Source of the DNA: Escherichia phage vB_EcoM-pEK20
Direction: 5' to 3' (one strand)
Sequence record: MZ868638.1
DNA length: 64,000 nt
Shown: positions 35,731-44,023 of the stretch, piece by piece
Numbering within the stretch: the stretch's first letter is position 1
Layout: every line of letters starts with the position of its first letter
Position numbers and translations under genes: made by a program
The notes under the pieces: generated by a model
Told to the model about the DNA's origin: nothing
Database searches by the model: none
Seen by the model: the letters and a program-made list of their open reading frames with translations, nothing else

Positions 35731-36094
35731 GCCCTGGGCGTATGAATACAAGCGTAAATTAATCCCAAATGAAGTACTATTTGGCCCTATTTTAGCTTTA
35801 GCGTTTTTAATCTTTATGTTTATAGGAGCTGTTTTAGATTCCAATAAAGTTATATCGTCTGATGCAGCGTTTTCATTAATGTTCGTCGCACCACTTATTG
35901 TACCGTTTTTATTAATGCCTATTAATTGGGCAGGATATTGGCACCAAGGCCGTCATCACAGAGCCCGATTAAGAGAATGGAAAGTTCAGTGCGCAAAAGC
36001 CCAAGCTCAGTATGATGAAGCTGTTAAAAAGTATGAATATGAAGAAGCTATGGAATTCGTTAAGGAAATAAGATGCAAAAACCTCAACTCTTAA
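35699..36094 (+). CDS. membrane protein with conserved C-terminal tail (EFVKEIRCKN); start uncertain
   Basis: Two hydrophobic helices; C-terminal motif shared with three paralogs; alternative ATG at 35720. Confidence 0.5.
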   Translation: MSKPTLYMPSKPWAYEYKRKLIPNEVLFGPILALAFLIFMFIGAVLDSNKVISSDAAFSLMFVAPLIVPFLLMPINWAGYWHQGRHHRARLREWKVQCAKAQAQYDEAVKKYEYEEAMEFVKEIRCKNLNS

Positions 36095-36315
36095 CCGTAT
36101 GGCCTTCTCTTGGTGAGAACGTTCTAATTTTTATTATGAGTATTGGCATGGGATTTGCCTTTGGATTAGTTGGATTTCTTATTGACGGCGTTGTGTTAGG
36201 ATTTATAGGGAACACTGTTGGATTCACAGACCAATGGCAGGACTTACGGTATACACAAGCCTTTGCATCCATCGCATCATTTTGTACTGTAGTCTATTTT
36301 TACTACGATTTATAA
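36073..36315 (+). pseudogene. membrane protein paralog, apparently frameshifted (conserved C-terminal tail continues in another frame to 36434)
   Basis: 80-aa two-helix ORF ends at 36315; the paralog tail (INHNKKNKKVY...ENFIKECRNE) is encoded in the -1 frame from about 36300, next to a T5 run at 36297-36301. Confidence 0.45.
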
Positions 36316-36338
36316 ACCATAACAAGAAAAATAAAAAG

Positions 36339-36368
36339 GTTTACGCTTCTCAAATGATTAGTTATAAT
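36339..36368 (+). promoter_or_regulatory. early promoter GTTTAC-N18-TATAAT
   Basis: Consensus -35 and -10; lies inside the out-of-frame tail region. Confidence 0.55.
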
Positions 36369-36426
36369 GAACTCCTAGCTAGACGTGAAAATGAAACAAT
36401 CGAAAACTTTATTAAGGAATGTAGAA

Positions 36427-36732
36427 ATGAGTAAGATTATTGAAATTAAAGTACCAGAGTTTAATGATGCCAAATCCGCTTCAGATGCAATTTATAAACT
36501 TCTGAATCAAGCTGAACGTATCGAAGAAGAAGCAACAAAGATCGCAGACCAATATGCCGTATCATTTTCTGTAGGTGATTATGGTAGTGGTCGTACTTAT
36601 TATCCTAAGGGTGAAATCGTATCCCAGTGGATGAAAGATGAAATTGAAAATAATGGTGGCGATGTTAAGCGTGAAGGTAATGGTTACATTATTACTGAAG
36701 GTGCTTGGGTTTCGTCTTCTGCGTTGTGCTAA
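36427..36732 (+). CDS. hypothetical protein, member 1 of a tandem paralog family ending G-W-x-S-S-x-x-C
   Basis: ATG at 36427; C-terminus EGAWVSSSALC. Confidence 0.6.
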   Translation: MSKIIEIKVPEFNDAKSASDAIYKLLNQAERIEEEATKIADQYAVSFSVGDYGSGRTYYPKGEIVSQWMKDEIENNGGDVKREGNGYIITEGAWVSSSALC

Positions 36733-36741
36733 GGAATCATT

Positions 36742-37014
36742 ATGTCTAAAGAACAAACCGAACTGGCTGAAGCCGTAGCAAAAATCTATGCAGCTATTGA
36801 GGCTGCCAAAGAAATTGCTGATAAACAAAACACAACATTCGACTTGTATCCAGCTTATGGTATGGGTGGAACCTATCATTCACCGGGACAACTTAAAGCC
36901 GATCTTGAACGTTGTACAAAAAACGGCTATGCTGAATGGGCTGACGTTTACCAATACGACTACAATCTGAGCCTCGAAACTGGTGGTTGGATTGCGTCTT
37001 CTCACACTTGCTAA
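36742..37014 (+). CDS. hypothetical protein, member 2 of the G-W-x-S-S-x-x-C family
   Basis: C-terminus TGGWIASSHTC. Confidence 0.6.
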   Translation: MSKEQTELAEAVAKIYAAIEAAKEIADKQNTTFDLYPAYGMGGTYHSPGQLKADLERCTKNGYAEWADVYQYDYNLSLETGGWIASSHTC

Positions 37015-37023
37015 GGAAATCAT

Positions 37024-37221
37024 ATGTCTCGTGAATTAGATTGTGCTGTACGTACGGCAGTAGCTGCCCTAGAAAACCTGTTCCAAATTGCAACAGAAGA
37101 ACGCGAAGAAGTTACATTATGGATTGAAGATAACGCAGGTCTGAATCTCCAGAATGCAATCTCGGTATCAAATAATAGTATTACTGTTCAAGGCTGGGTA
37201 TCATCTAGTTATTCTTGCTAA
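37024..37221 (+). CDS. hypothetical protein, member 3 of the G-W-x-S-S-x-x-C family
   Basis: C-terminus VQGWVSSSYSC. Confidence 0.6.
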   Translation: MSRELDCAVRTAVAALENLFQIATEEREEVTLWIEDNAGLNLQNAISVSNNSITVQGWVSSSYSC

Positions 37222-37225
37222 AACA

Positions 37226-37255
37226 GTTTACAACAAGATAGGGCTATGTTATAGT
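37226..37255 (+). promoter_or_regulatory. early promoter with palindrome GATAGGGCTA...TAGTCCTATC
   Basis: GTTTAC-N18-TATAGT with TG extension. Confidence 0.6.
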
Positions 37256-37283
37256 AGTCCTATCAAATTAAACGGAGACCACA

Positions 37284-37523
37284 ATGATTTATTACGAAAG
37301 TGTTGGAACCAAAGTGGTTGGTAAAACCATTACTCGTGAAAAGTTTGCAAAGATATTCGATATGCGTTATAAAAAATCTGAACACAAAGGCATCCGATTC
37401 GAAGATGCACACTGTACAATTTGCCCTTATAATGAAGACATAAATGGTACAATCGTTCCATTAGTAGAGGCTTCACACGATGACCTCTGGGATGAATATA
37501 ATATCGCATGTCGTGAAATTTAA
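37284..37523 (+). CDS. hypothetical small protein (79 aa)
   Basis: ORF after GGAGAC ribosome binding site. Confidence 0.55.
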   Translation: MIYYESVGTKVVGKTITREKFAKIFDMRYKKSEHKGIRFEDAHCTICPYNEDINGTIVPLVEASHDDLWDEYNIACREI

Positions 37524-37547
37524 GTTAATTAATCCGAGGAAAATATT

Positions 37548-38504
37548 ATGATGTTAGTTATTGGTTCTCGTGCACTTCACTATCATGGTCTTATTGATTC
37601 TAGCGCTATCAAAAATAGCGATTGGGACTTTATTGCGGACCAAGGTTCTTGGAATGCATTCAAAAATCAAATGATGGGTGTATATGTTCACCAAGACAAC
37701 CCTGATGTCCAAGTTTTCAAATGCTTCCATAATGGACGCGAAACTCATTTTGAAGCATATATTGTTCCGGCAATCACTAATGTTCGTGAACTAGTCGGTG
37801 AACTCACTCCTGAAGATTTCACGTCTTCTTATGACCTTTTAAAATACGCCAAGAAAAATTTGACTAAAGATCGTTTGACCGGGTTTTACTGGGCAACTCC
37901 TGAGATATGTCTTGCAATTAAAATGTCTCATCGTTTCAAGAAAAATAATCCATTCTTTTTAAAGACTATGAACCATATTCAGTATCTTCGTGGTAAAGGT
38001 GTTACACTGAACGATGAACTTACTGAAATTATGCTGAAACGCCAGAAAGAAACTTTGAACTATGCTCACCCAGTTCTTGACACTTCTAAAAGTGCGTTCT
38101 TTAAAGATGACATCTATACATATGACCATGATACTATTCACGAAGCCATTGCACTAACAGACCGTCCGGCTTATACGTTTTACATGAAAGACGGTTCTGA
38201 AGTCATGACCTCACGCGAGAAGTTCGAATCGTTACCAGAAATGGTCAAATTGGCCGGCGTATATGAAGAATCATGTGTACTAGCGTTAGAACGTTCTCAG
38301 ATTCCTAATAACTTTGAAATTAACCCTGAAGCCAGTTTCATGATGGCATTAGAAAAAGTCTGCACAAGCATCACCTCCGGTTGGTTCCGTGAGTATGCCT
38401 GGGAGAACTATGGCAAAGTAGTAAGTATGTATCAAAGCTTAGGACACGACGATTACGTCAAGCGTTTCAAACAAAATTTTCATATGGTAAAACCTTTCAA
38501 ATAA
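37548..38504 (+). CDS. hypothetical protein (318 aa) with a possible nucleotidyltransferase-like N-terminal motif
   Basis: N-terminus VIGSRALHYHGLIDSSAIKNSDWDFIA resembles a GS...D-x-D NTase signature; weak. Confidence 0.55.
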   Translation: MMLVIGSRALHYHGLIDSSAIKNSDWDFIADQGSWNAFKNQMMGVYVHQDNPDVQVFKCFHNGRETHFEAYIVPAITNVRELVGELTPEDFTSSYDLLKYAKKNLTKDRLTGFYWATPEICLAIKMSHRFKKNNPFFLKTMNHIQYLRGKGVTLNDELTEIMLKRQKETLNYAHPVLDTSKSAFFKDDIYTYDHDTIHEAIALTDRPAYTFYMKDGSEVMTSREKFESLPEMVKLAGVYEESCVLALERSQIPNNFEINPEASFMMALEKVCTSITSGWFREYAWENYGKVVSMYQSLGHDDYVKRFKQNFHMVKPFK

Positions 38505-38526
38505 CTTCACAAAACTGTTTACAACA

Positions 38527-38556
38527 AGATAGGACTATGTTATAGTAGTCCTATTA
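38527..38556 (+). promoter_or_regulatory. early promoter with palindrome GATAGGACTA...TAGTCCTATT
   Basis: GTTTAC-N18-TATAGT. Confidence 0.6.
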
Positions 38557-38574
38557 AAACATGAGGAGAATATT

Positions 38575-38880
38575 ATGAAATTAGGCGAAACCAACCGAAT
38601 TGGTCTTTTAACAATATTTGCATCACCTTTTTACGCAGCTCTTTCTGTTGCAGTATTACAAAAGGCTTACGATATGGATGGTGTTCCTGGTTGTATATTC
38701 TTATCACCATTTTTATTATTCGTCGGGGCTTTGTTATTATATGCCACGACTAGTTTTGACCATAATGTCTGGGTTAATTATAAATGTAAATTGTCTGAAG
38801 AAGAACACGCAGAAGCTCGTAAAAAAGCTATTGAATCTACCAATCTAGAAAATTTCATTAAAGAATGTCGAGGAAAATAA
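38575..38880 (+). CDS. membrane protein with conserved C-terminal tail (ENFIKECRGK)
   Basis: Two hydrophobic helices; tail shared with paralogs. Confidence 0.6.
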   Translation: MKLGETNRIGLLTIFASPFYAALSVAVLQKAYDMDGVPGCIFLSPFLLFVGALLLYATTSFDHNVWVNYKCKLSEEEHAEARKKAIESTNLENFIKECRGK

Positions 38881-38881
38881 T

Positions 38882-39568
38882 ATGAATAGTTCTAAAGTGT
38901 TTAATAGTCAAGCTCGTGCAGTAGGTGGTTTCGCTGGCCGTATCAGTAATGATAAAATTAAAAATGAGCCTATGTTCTTCAACTGCGACCTGAAGTTTGC
39001 TTTTGATAATGGCGGTCCTATCACTCGTTCTTTCATCATGAATCTGCCTGATGACTGGAACACTAATGAAGTAGTATTCGATTCACGTGTTCATATGCTT
39101 ATGCCTGGTTGGTACCCTGCTATTCCTGGATATCACCATGACGATGTTCCTCGCCCTGATATTCCAGTCGGCCAACACTTTATTACTGCAGGACAACCTG
39201 ACTATGATAACCCTCGTTACCATTCTGAACATATTCTTGGTCTTGTTAACGCTGACGTGTGTCCTACTCATTTTGCAACAGGAACTGCAGAGTTCAGTCA
39301 GATTCCTGATGGCGAACTTATCTATCGCCAGTGGCACAAAGAAGTCCTCGAAAAAATTGAAAAAGGTGAACTAGAGAAATGGGAAGCTCCGGACCGTACT
39401 CTTCTTCAGTTTGATTGGCAAACATGGCACACTGGTTCTCGTGCAATTAGTAATGGATGGCGTTGGTTCGGACGTGTATCTCGTAATACAGACCGAGTTA
39501 AAAAGATTACCAATGAAATTCGTGTCAACGCTCAAGTTTATCTAGAATTCCCTATGGAAGGCTGGTAA
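38882..39568 (+). CDS. hypothetical protein (228 aa)
   Basis: ORF after GAGGAAAATAAT; His/Asp-rich segment GYHHDDVPRP; function unknown. Confidence 0.6.
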   Translation: MNSSKVFNSQARAVGGFAGRISNDKIKNEPMFFNCDLKFAFDNGGPITRSFIMNLPDDWNTNEVVFDSRVHMLMPGWYPAIPGYHHDDVPRPDIPVGQHFITAGQPDYDNPRYHSEHILGLVNADVCPTHFATGTAEFSQIPDGELIYRQWHKEVLEKIEKGELEKWEAPDRTLLQFDWQTWHTGSRAISNGWRWFGRVSRNTDRVKKITNEIRVNAQVYLEFPMEGW

Positions 39569-40059
39569 TGATTAACAAAACATATTGGTCTAATATTGAC
39601 GACGGCAATGAAGGTATTTCGTACTATTCGGTGGATTGGACAGGATGTCCATCCTACTTAGTGAAACATATTTGCCAAGAATTTAAAATCGACCAGCCAG
39701 CAGGTATTATTGTGAACAGATACATTAACGGATATCAACCTATCGATGAAGTAATACGAACAACTCAAGCTGATCTTGAAAAGTTTTTCAATAAGTGCCA
39801 ATGGATAACAGGATGGATTATATTTGTACCGTCGGTATGGTTTTTTAGTACTAAAGTAAGTGCCTTTGCCATACCAGATATTATCGCTATCTTATTAGCA
39901 TCTACTATCGTAAGTATTATTGGTGGTATTATTGGTGGAGGTACTATAGGCATCATTATTAATCTTGTTAAAAGTAGTTTACAGGAACGTAAAGACAAGA
40001 TAAAGGCCAAGAATAATGAAGTTGAACGTTTTATTACCGAATGCAGGAATTTGAGATGA
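39568..40059 (+). CDS. membrane protein with conserved C-terminal tail (ERFITECRNLR)
   Basis: Hydrophobic Gly/Ile-rich helices; tail shared with paralogs. Confidence 0.6.
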   Translation: MINKTYWSNIDDGNEGISYYSVDWTGCPSYLVKHICQEFKIDQPAGIIVNRYINGYQPIDEVIRTTQADLEKFFNKCQWITGWIIFVPSVWFFSTKVSAFAIPDIIAILLASTIVSIIGGIIGGGTIGIIINLVKSSLQERKDKIKAKNNEVERFITECRNLR

Positions 40060-40292
40060 GTATAGCAATTTACATTAAATCAGAATCATGTGATAGTTAT
40101 CTGTACACATACGATAAAGATGTGTCAGAAGAAAAAATCAAAGACGATCTTAATATGGACCTTGATTTGTTCAGTCCTATTGCAGATTACAAACTTGCGG
40201 TCTCTAATAGTGAAAGTCCATCTAAAGAAACGCGCATTGAAGAATTTATGTCCGAATTAATGGCCAAATCATGGGACCGAGATGATGAGTAA
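40056..40292 (+). CDS. hypothetical small acidic protein (78 aa)
   Basis: ATG at 40056 after AGGAAT; the track ORF is extended upstream. Confidence 0.5.
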   Translation: MSIAIYIKSESCDSYLYTYDKDVSEEKIKDDLNMDLDLFSPIADYKLAVSNSESPSKETRIEEFMSELMAKSWDRDDE

Positions 40293-40740
40293 GAAAAATA
40301 AAGTGAAAGAACTATCAGCCGGTATTATTTTCCTTACCGAAAATAAAGAATTATTCATGGGTCGTGTAACTGGTTCTCGTCCTAAAGGTGCATTAGCTCA
40401 TCGGTGGGATATTCCTAAAGGCCGTGTCGAACCTGGCGAATCTCCTATTGAAGCCGCTATTCGTGAATGCGAAGAAGAAACTGGGTTTACACAATATGAT
40501 CCTGCCTTCCTGAAAGACCTAGGTGAACATCATTACTCAGACAATAAGAATATTCATCTGTTCCTATATACCATCCCTGTAGAGCACGAGCAATTCAGAA
40601 ACAGTGTTTGCAATTCCTATCATACATTCCCAGACGGACGTCAGATTCCTGAATTTGATGCATTCGCTTTAATTAAACCTTCTCAATGGGAATATGTAAT
40701 GGGCAAATCATTATATAAGGTGCTCACTACCCTCCTATAA
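40282..40740 (+). CDS. nudE: Nudix hydrolase NudE
   Basis: Nudix box GRVEPGESPIEAAIRECEEETGF; position immediately upstream of e as in T4. Confidence 0.88.
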   Translation: MMSKKNKVKELSAGIIFLTENKELFMGRVTGSRPKGALAHRWDIPKGRVEPGESPIEAAIRECEEETGFTQYDPAFLKDLGEHHYSDNKNIHLFLYTIPVEHEQFRNSVCNSYHTFPDGRQIPEFDAFALIKPSQWEYVMGKSLYKVLTTLL

Positions 40741-40748
40741 GTAATAAA

Positions 40749-40772
40749 TACCTCCTATAAACGTGGGAGGTA
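40749..40772 (+). promoter_or_regulatory. hairpin covering the gene e ribosome binding site, with a TATAAA late-promoter-like element in the loop
   Basis: TACCTCC-tataaacgtg-GGAGGTA inverted repeat; the 3' arm is the Shine-Dalgarno of e. Confidence 0.6.
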
Positions 40773-40774
40773 TT

Positions 40775-41263
40775 ATGAATATATTTGAAATGCTTCGTAA
40801 TGACGAAGGTCTTAGACTGACTTTATACAAAGACACTGAAGGCTTTTGGACGATTGGCATAGGCCATTTAGTAACAAAGAACCCGTCTTTAGCCGTAGCT
40901 AAAGCTGAACTTGACAGAATGATCGGACGTAAATGCAACGGTACAATTACCCTTGATGAGGCTGAAAAGTTATTTAATGAAGACGTTGATAAAGCTGTTC
41001 GCGGAATCTTGGGTAATGCTAAACTTAAACCGGTATATGATTCTTTAGATGCAGTTCGTCGATGTGCATTGGTCAATATGGTCTTCCAAATGGGTGTAGC
41101 AGGCGTCGCTGGTTTTACTAATTCTCTTCGTATGCTTCAACAGAAACGTTGGGACGAAGCGGCAGTAAATCTAGCCCAATCTAAATGGTATCGTCAGACA
41201 CCTAATCGCGCGAAACGCGTAATCTCAACATTTAAAACAGGAACTTGGAAAGCGTATATATGA
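40775..41263 (+). CDS. e: endolysin (T4 lysozyme e)
   Basis: [32 protein letters not shown]...; near-identical to T4 lysozyme, catalytic E11/D20/T26 context conserved. Confidence 0.95.
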   Translation: MNIFEMLRNDEGLRLTLYKDTEGFWTIGIGHLVTKNPSLAVAKAELDRMIGRKCNGTITLDEAEKLFNEDVDKAVRGILGNAKLKPVYDSLDAVRRCALVNMVFQMGVAGVAGFTNSLRMLQQKRWDEAAVNLAQSKWYRQTPNRAKRVISTFKTGTWKAYI

Positions 41264-41541
41264 AAACATATAGTGAATTTTTATCAGAATCTATTCTTAA
41301 CGAAGCTACTGACACATTTGCAACTAAGCTAGGTGCAGCTTTGGTTGAAGCTGAAAGTTTATTAGCACGTATTTCTGAACTTGCTAGTAAGATAGATACT
41401 CGCAAATTTGAGCGCACCAGTGATATCGTTAAGCTTGAAGCCTTGTTGCGTATGTGCGATAAACCGGAAGAAATCGCTAAGAACGGCTCGCTGATGAAAC
41501 AACGTCTTGAAAAATATATTTCAGGCGCTTCAGAAAAATAG
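41260..41541 (+). CDS. internal protein (ipII/ipIII-like) with capsid targeting sequence
   Basis: [16 protein letters not shown]... CTS with L-x-E sites; position between e and denV as in T4; ATGA overlap with e. Confidence 0.7.
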   Translation: MKTYSEFLSESILNEATDTFATKLGAALVEAESLLARISELASKIDTRKFERTSDIVKLEALLRMCDKPEEIAKNGSLMKQRLEKYISGASEK

Positions 41542-41542
41542 T

Positions 41543-41572
41543 GTTTACTTCCTCCAAGGGTTTTGATACTAT
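41543..41572 (+). promoter_or_regulatory. early promoter upstream of denV
   Basis: GTTTAC-N18-TACTAT; CCTCCAAG in the spacer pairs with CTTGGAGG covering the denV Shine-Dalgarno. Confidence 0.55.
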
Positions 41573-41599
41573 ACATTCATCAACTACTTGGAGGAAATT

Positions 41600-42013
41600 A
41601 TGACTCGTATCAATTTAACACTTGTTTCTGAACTGGCCGACCAACATCTTATGGCTGAGTATCGTGAATTACCACGCGTATTTGGTGCAGTCCGTAAACA
41701 TGTTCAAAACGGTAAACGTGTAAAGGATTTTAAAATCTCTCCAACATTTATCTTAGGCACAGGTCACGTAACATTCTTTTACGACAAACTCGAATTTTTA
41801 CGTTTACGCCAAATCGAGCTAATCGCTGAATGCTTGAAACGTGGTTTCAAAATCAAGGACACGACTGTCCAGGATATTTCCGACATCCCTGCCGAATTTC
41901 GTAATAATTATGTCCCGTCCGAAGCGTCCATTGCGATAAGTCAAGCACGCTTAGATGAAAAAATTGCTCAACGTCCGACTTGGTACAAATACTATGGTAA
42001 ATCAATTTACTAA
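41600..42013 (+). CDS. denV: endonuclease V (pyrimidine dimer DNA glycosylase/AP lyase)
   Basis: [35 protein letters not shown]...; near-identical to T4 endo V; ATG at 41600. Confidence 0.93.
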   Translation: MTRINLTLVSELADQHLMAEYRELPRVFGAVRKHVQNGKRVKDFKISPTFILGTGHVTFFYDKLEFLRLRQIELIAECLKRGFKIKDTTVQDISDIPAEFRNNYVPSEASIAISQARLDEKIAQRPTWYKYYGKSIY

Positions 42014-42019
42014 GGAAAA

Positions 42020-42136
42020 ATGAAAATGTATCAAGAATTTATCATTGAAGCAGAGGCCAAAGGTCCTAAAGTAGATGTTGACGATATTGGATATGATTTT
42101 AACAACTTCGGAATTATTTCTGGCGGTAAAGCTTAA
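42020..42136 (+). CDS. short internal-protein-like ORF (38 aa, CTS only), possible remnant
   Basis: MKMYQEFIIEAEAKGPK... begins like the CTS family but terminates early. Confidence 0.4.
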   Translation: MKMYQEFIIEAEAKGPKVDVDDIGYDFNNFGIISGGKA

Positions 42137-42139
42137 ACG

Positions 42140-42169
42140 GTTTACGCTTAAGTATTAATATGGTATAAT
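42140..42169 (+). promoter_or_regulatory. early promoter GTTTAC-N18-TGGTATAAT
   Basis: Consensus -35 and extended -10. Confidence 0.6.
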
Positions 42170-42199
42170 TGCTCTATCAAAACAAACAAGGAAACAAAA

Positions 42200-42514
42200 A
42201 TGAAAACCTATAAAGAATTTATTGCAGAATCCGCCAACCAACGCGTTGAAGGTGGTTATATTTGGATTGAACAAGTTGAGCCACCGAGCCGCACTTCTAC
42301 AGGTAAATGGAAAATTACTGTTGATGGTCCTGGTGGTAAACGTAGGACTCTTAAAGAAATTAATGGGTACTATGAAGAAGCTCTTTCGGATGCAGGAACT
42401 TACATGATGCAAATCATGATTAAAAACCCTGAAAACCGTTTTGCAGCTAAAGTCTTCCGCCGTATTGGTAATAAACTTTATGATGCATATTCTAAAAACT
42501 TCCCTAAAGAATAA
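42200..42514 (+). CDS. internal-protein-like protein with CTS (104 aa)
   Basis: N-terminus MKTYKEFIAE. Confidence 0.7.
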   Translation: MKTYKEFIAESANQRVEGGYIWIEQVEPPSRTSTGKWKITVDGPGGKRRTLKEINGYYEEALSDAGTYMMQIMIKNPENRFAAKVFRRIGNKLYDAYSKNFPKE

Positions 42515-42540
42515 CATAAATTAAAACAATAGGAAAAAAA

Positions 42541-42843
42541 ATGAAAACATATCAAGAATTTATTACTGAAGCGCGAGTGAGTGCAGGTAAATTAGAAGCC
42601 GCTATAAATAAAAAGGCCCATTCATTTCATGATTTGTCCGATAAAGACCGTAAGAAACTTGTAAGCCTTTATATTGACAAAGAGCGTATTCTCGCTCTTC
42701 CTGGCGCTAATGAAGGTAAACAGGCCAAGCCTTTGAATGCCGTCGAAAAGAAAATTGATAACTTTGCTTCTAAATTCGGTATGTCTATGGATGACCTTCA
42801 GCAAGCGGCTATCGAAGCAGCTAAAGTAATTAAAGGTAAATAA
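42541..42843 (+). CDS. internal-protein-like protein with CTS (100 aa)
   Basis: N-terminus MKTYQEFITEA. Confidence 0.7.
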   Translation: MKTYQEFITEARVSAGKLEAAINKKAHSFHDLSDKDRKKLVSLYIDKERILALPGANEGKQAKPLNAVEKKIDNFASKFGMSMDDLQQAAIEAAKVIKGK

Positions 42844-42845
42844 CA

Positions 42846-42875
42846 GTTTACTTTCTCCTAGAATTGTGATAGTAT
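42846..42875 (+). promoter_or_regulatory. early promoter, duplicate of the denV promoter
   Basis: GTTTAC-N18-TAGTAT; overall similarity to 41543-41600. Confidence 0.5.
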
Positions 42876-42900
42876 ATTCATAATTACTTGGATGGGTAAA

Positions 42901-42999
42901 ATGACTTATATTAATTTGACTTTAGTATCTAAATTTGCTGATCAACATTTAATCGCCGAATACTGTGAATTGCCACGTGTTTTTTGGTATAATTCGTAA
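42901..42999 (+). pseudogene. truncated duplicate of the denV 5' end
   Basis: [28 protein letters not shown] matches denV residues 1-28, then diverges and stops; denV-like RKHV continues in another frame. Confidence 0.6.
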
Positions 43000-43007
43000 A
43001 CACGTGG
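42973..43007 (+). repeat. perfect 10-bp inverted repeat CCACGTGTTT...AAACACGTGG with TGGTATAAT in the loop
   Basis: Read directly; lies at the breakpoint of the denV remnant. Confidence 0.7.
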
Positions 43008-43172
43008 CAAAAATATTTACATTCAAATAAAATGGGAACAACCTGGACCTCATGATTCTATGAGGGATTCCCGCCAACCTGTAATAAGGTCGAGCCCAAG
43101 TGCGGTAATGGGTAAATACAGAAATGGACAATTCATGCGCCACGGAACGGCCCCAACCTTAAGAGAAACTAA

Positions 43173-43712
43173 ATGAGAACATTTTTAACCGGACCTTATC
43201 TATCCCTGATGAATGCTTTTACACACCATTCTGATGCTAGAGTAGAAGAAATTTGTAAGAACGGTTATGCCCCACCATTTGAAGACGTACTCAAGCAGTA
43301 CTGTACACTTCGTTTAGACGGTGGCAGACAATCCGGTAAATCAATTGCTGTGACTAATTTTGCTGCTAATTGGTTGTATGATGGCGGAACGGTTATTGTT
43401 CTTTCTAATACTTCAGCTTATGCTAAAATTTCTGCTGGCAACATTGAAAAAGAATTTTCTCGTTATTCTAGCGACGATATTCGATTCCGTTTATTTACTG
43501 ATTCTGTTCGTAGTTTTATTGGTAATGAAGGACATAAATTCCGTGGATTAACACTTTCTCGTATTCTGTACATAATTGACGAGCCTATTAAAGCTCCTGA
43601 TATGGATAAGATTTACGACATCCATATTAAAACAGTCCAACACTGTTGCAAAAGCAAATATTGCATCGGCGGTAATGCTCGTCCTCAATTTTTTGTGATT
43701 GGAATGCAATGA
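43173..43712 (+). CDS. small P-loop NTPase-like protein (179 aa)
   Basis: Walker A GGRQSGKS and Walker B-like ILYIIDEP. Confidence 0.6.
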   Translation: MRTFLTGPYLSLMNAFTHHSDARVEEICKNGYAPPFEDVLKQYCTLRLDGGRQSGKSIAVTNFAANWLYDGGTVIVLSNTSAYAKISAGNIEKEFSRYSSDDIRFRLFTDSVRSFIGNEGHKFRGLTLSRILYIIDEPIKAPDMDKIYDIHIKTVQHCCKSKYCIGGNARPQFFVIGMQ

Positions 43713-44017
43713 TGACCGCTATTGAAGTTTTTGAGTACTGTTATAACAGCCCAGTATGCAATAAAAGGGCCCTTGTAGAAAATTATGAGATTTACCATTT
43801 TAAACCTAAACGATACCGTTTGACTAAAGGTCCGTTCGCAGGGCAGCAGGTTCTTTGTACTGCTCCTAATGCACGGTTGATGACTAGTATTCCACATTTC
43901 AAAATGGAATTTATTGATGGGCCATTTAAAGGATTAATCACTCAAAGTTTAATGGCGTTTAATTCCGACCCATTTTTGATTAAAGAAAAAACTTGGATAA
44001 ATTTATTTTCTAATTGA
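43709..44017 (+). CDS. hypothetical protein (102 aa)
   Basis: ORF with ATGA overlap to the upstream gene. Confidence 0.55.
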   Translation: MMTAIEVFEYCYNSPVCNKRALVENYEIYHFKPKRYRLTKGPFAGQQVLCTAPNARLMTSIPHFKMEFIDGPFKGLITQSLMAFNSDPFLIKEKTWINLFSN

Positions 44018-44023
44018 GGTTAT

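Noticed and set aside
36234-36434. 66-aa ORF as an independent gene
   Set aside because: It overlaps the 36073 membrane ORF out of frame, has an early promoter inside it, and its only conserved part is the paralog C-terminal tail; better explained as the frameshifted continuation of the upstream gene.
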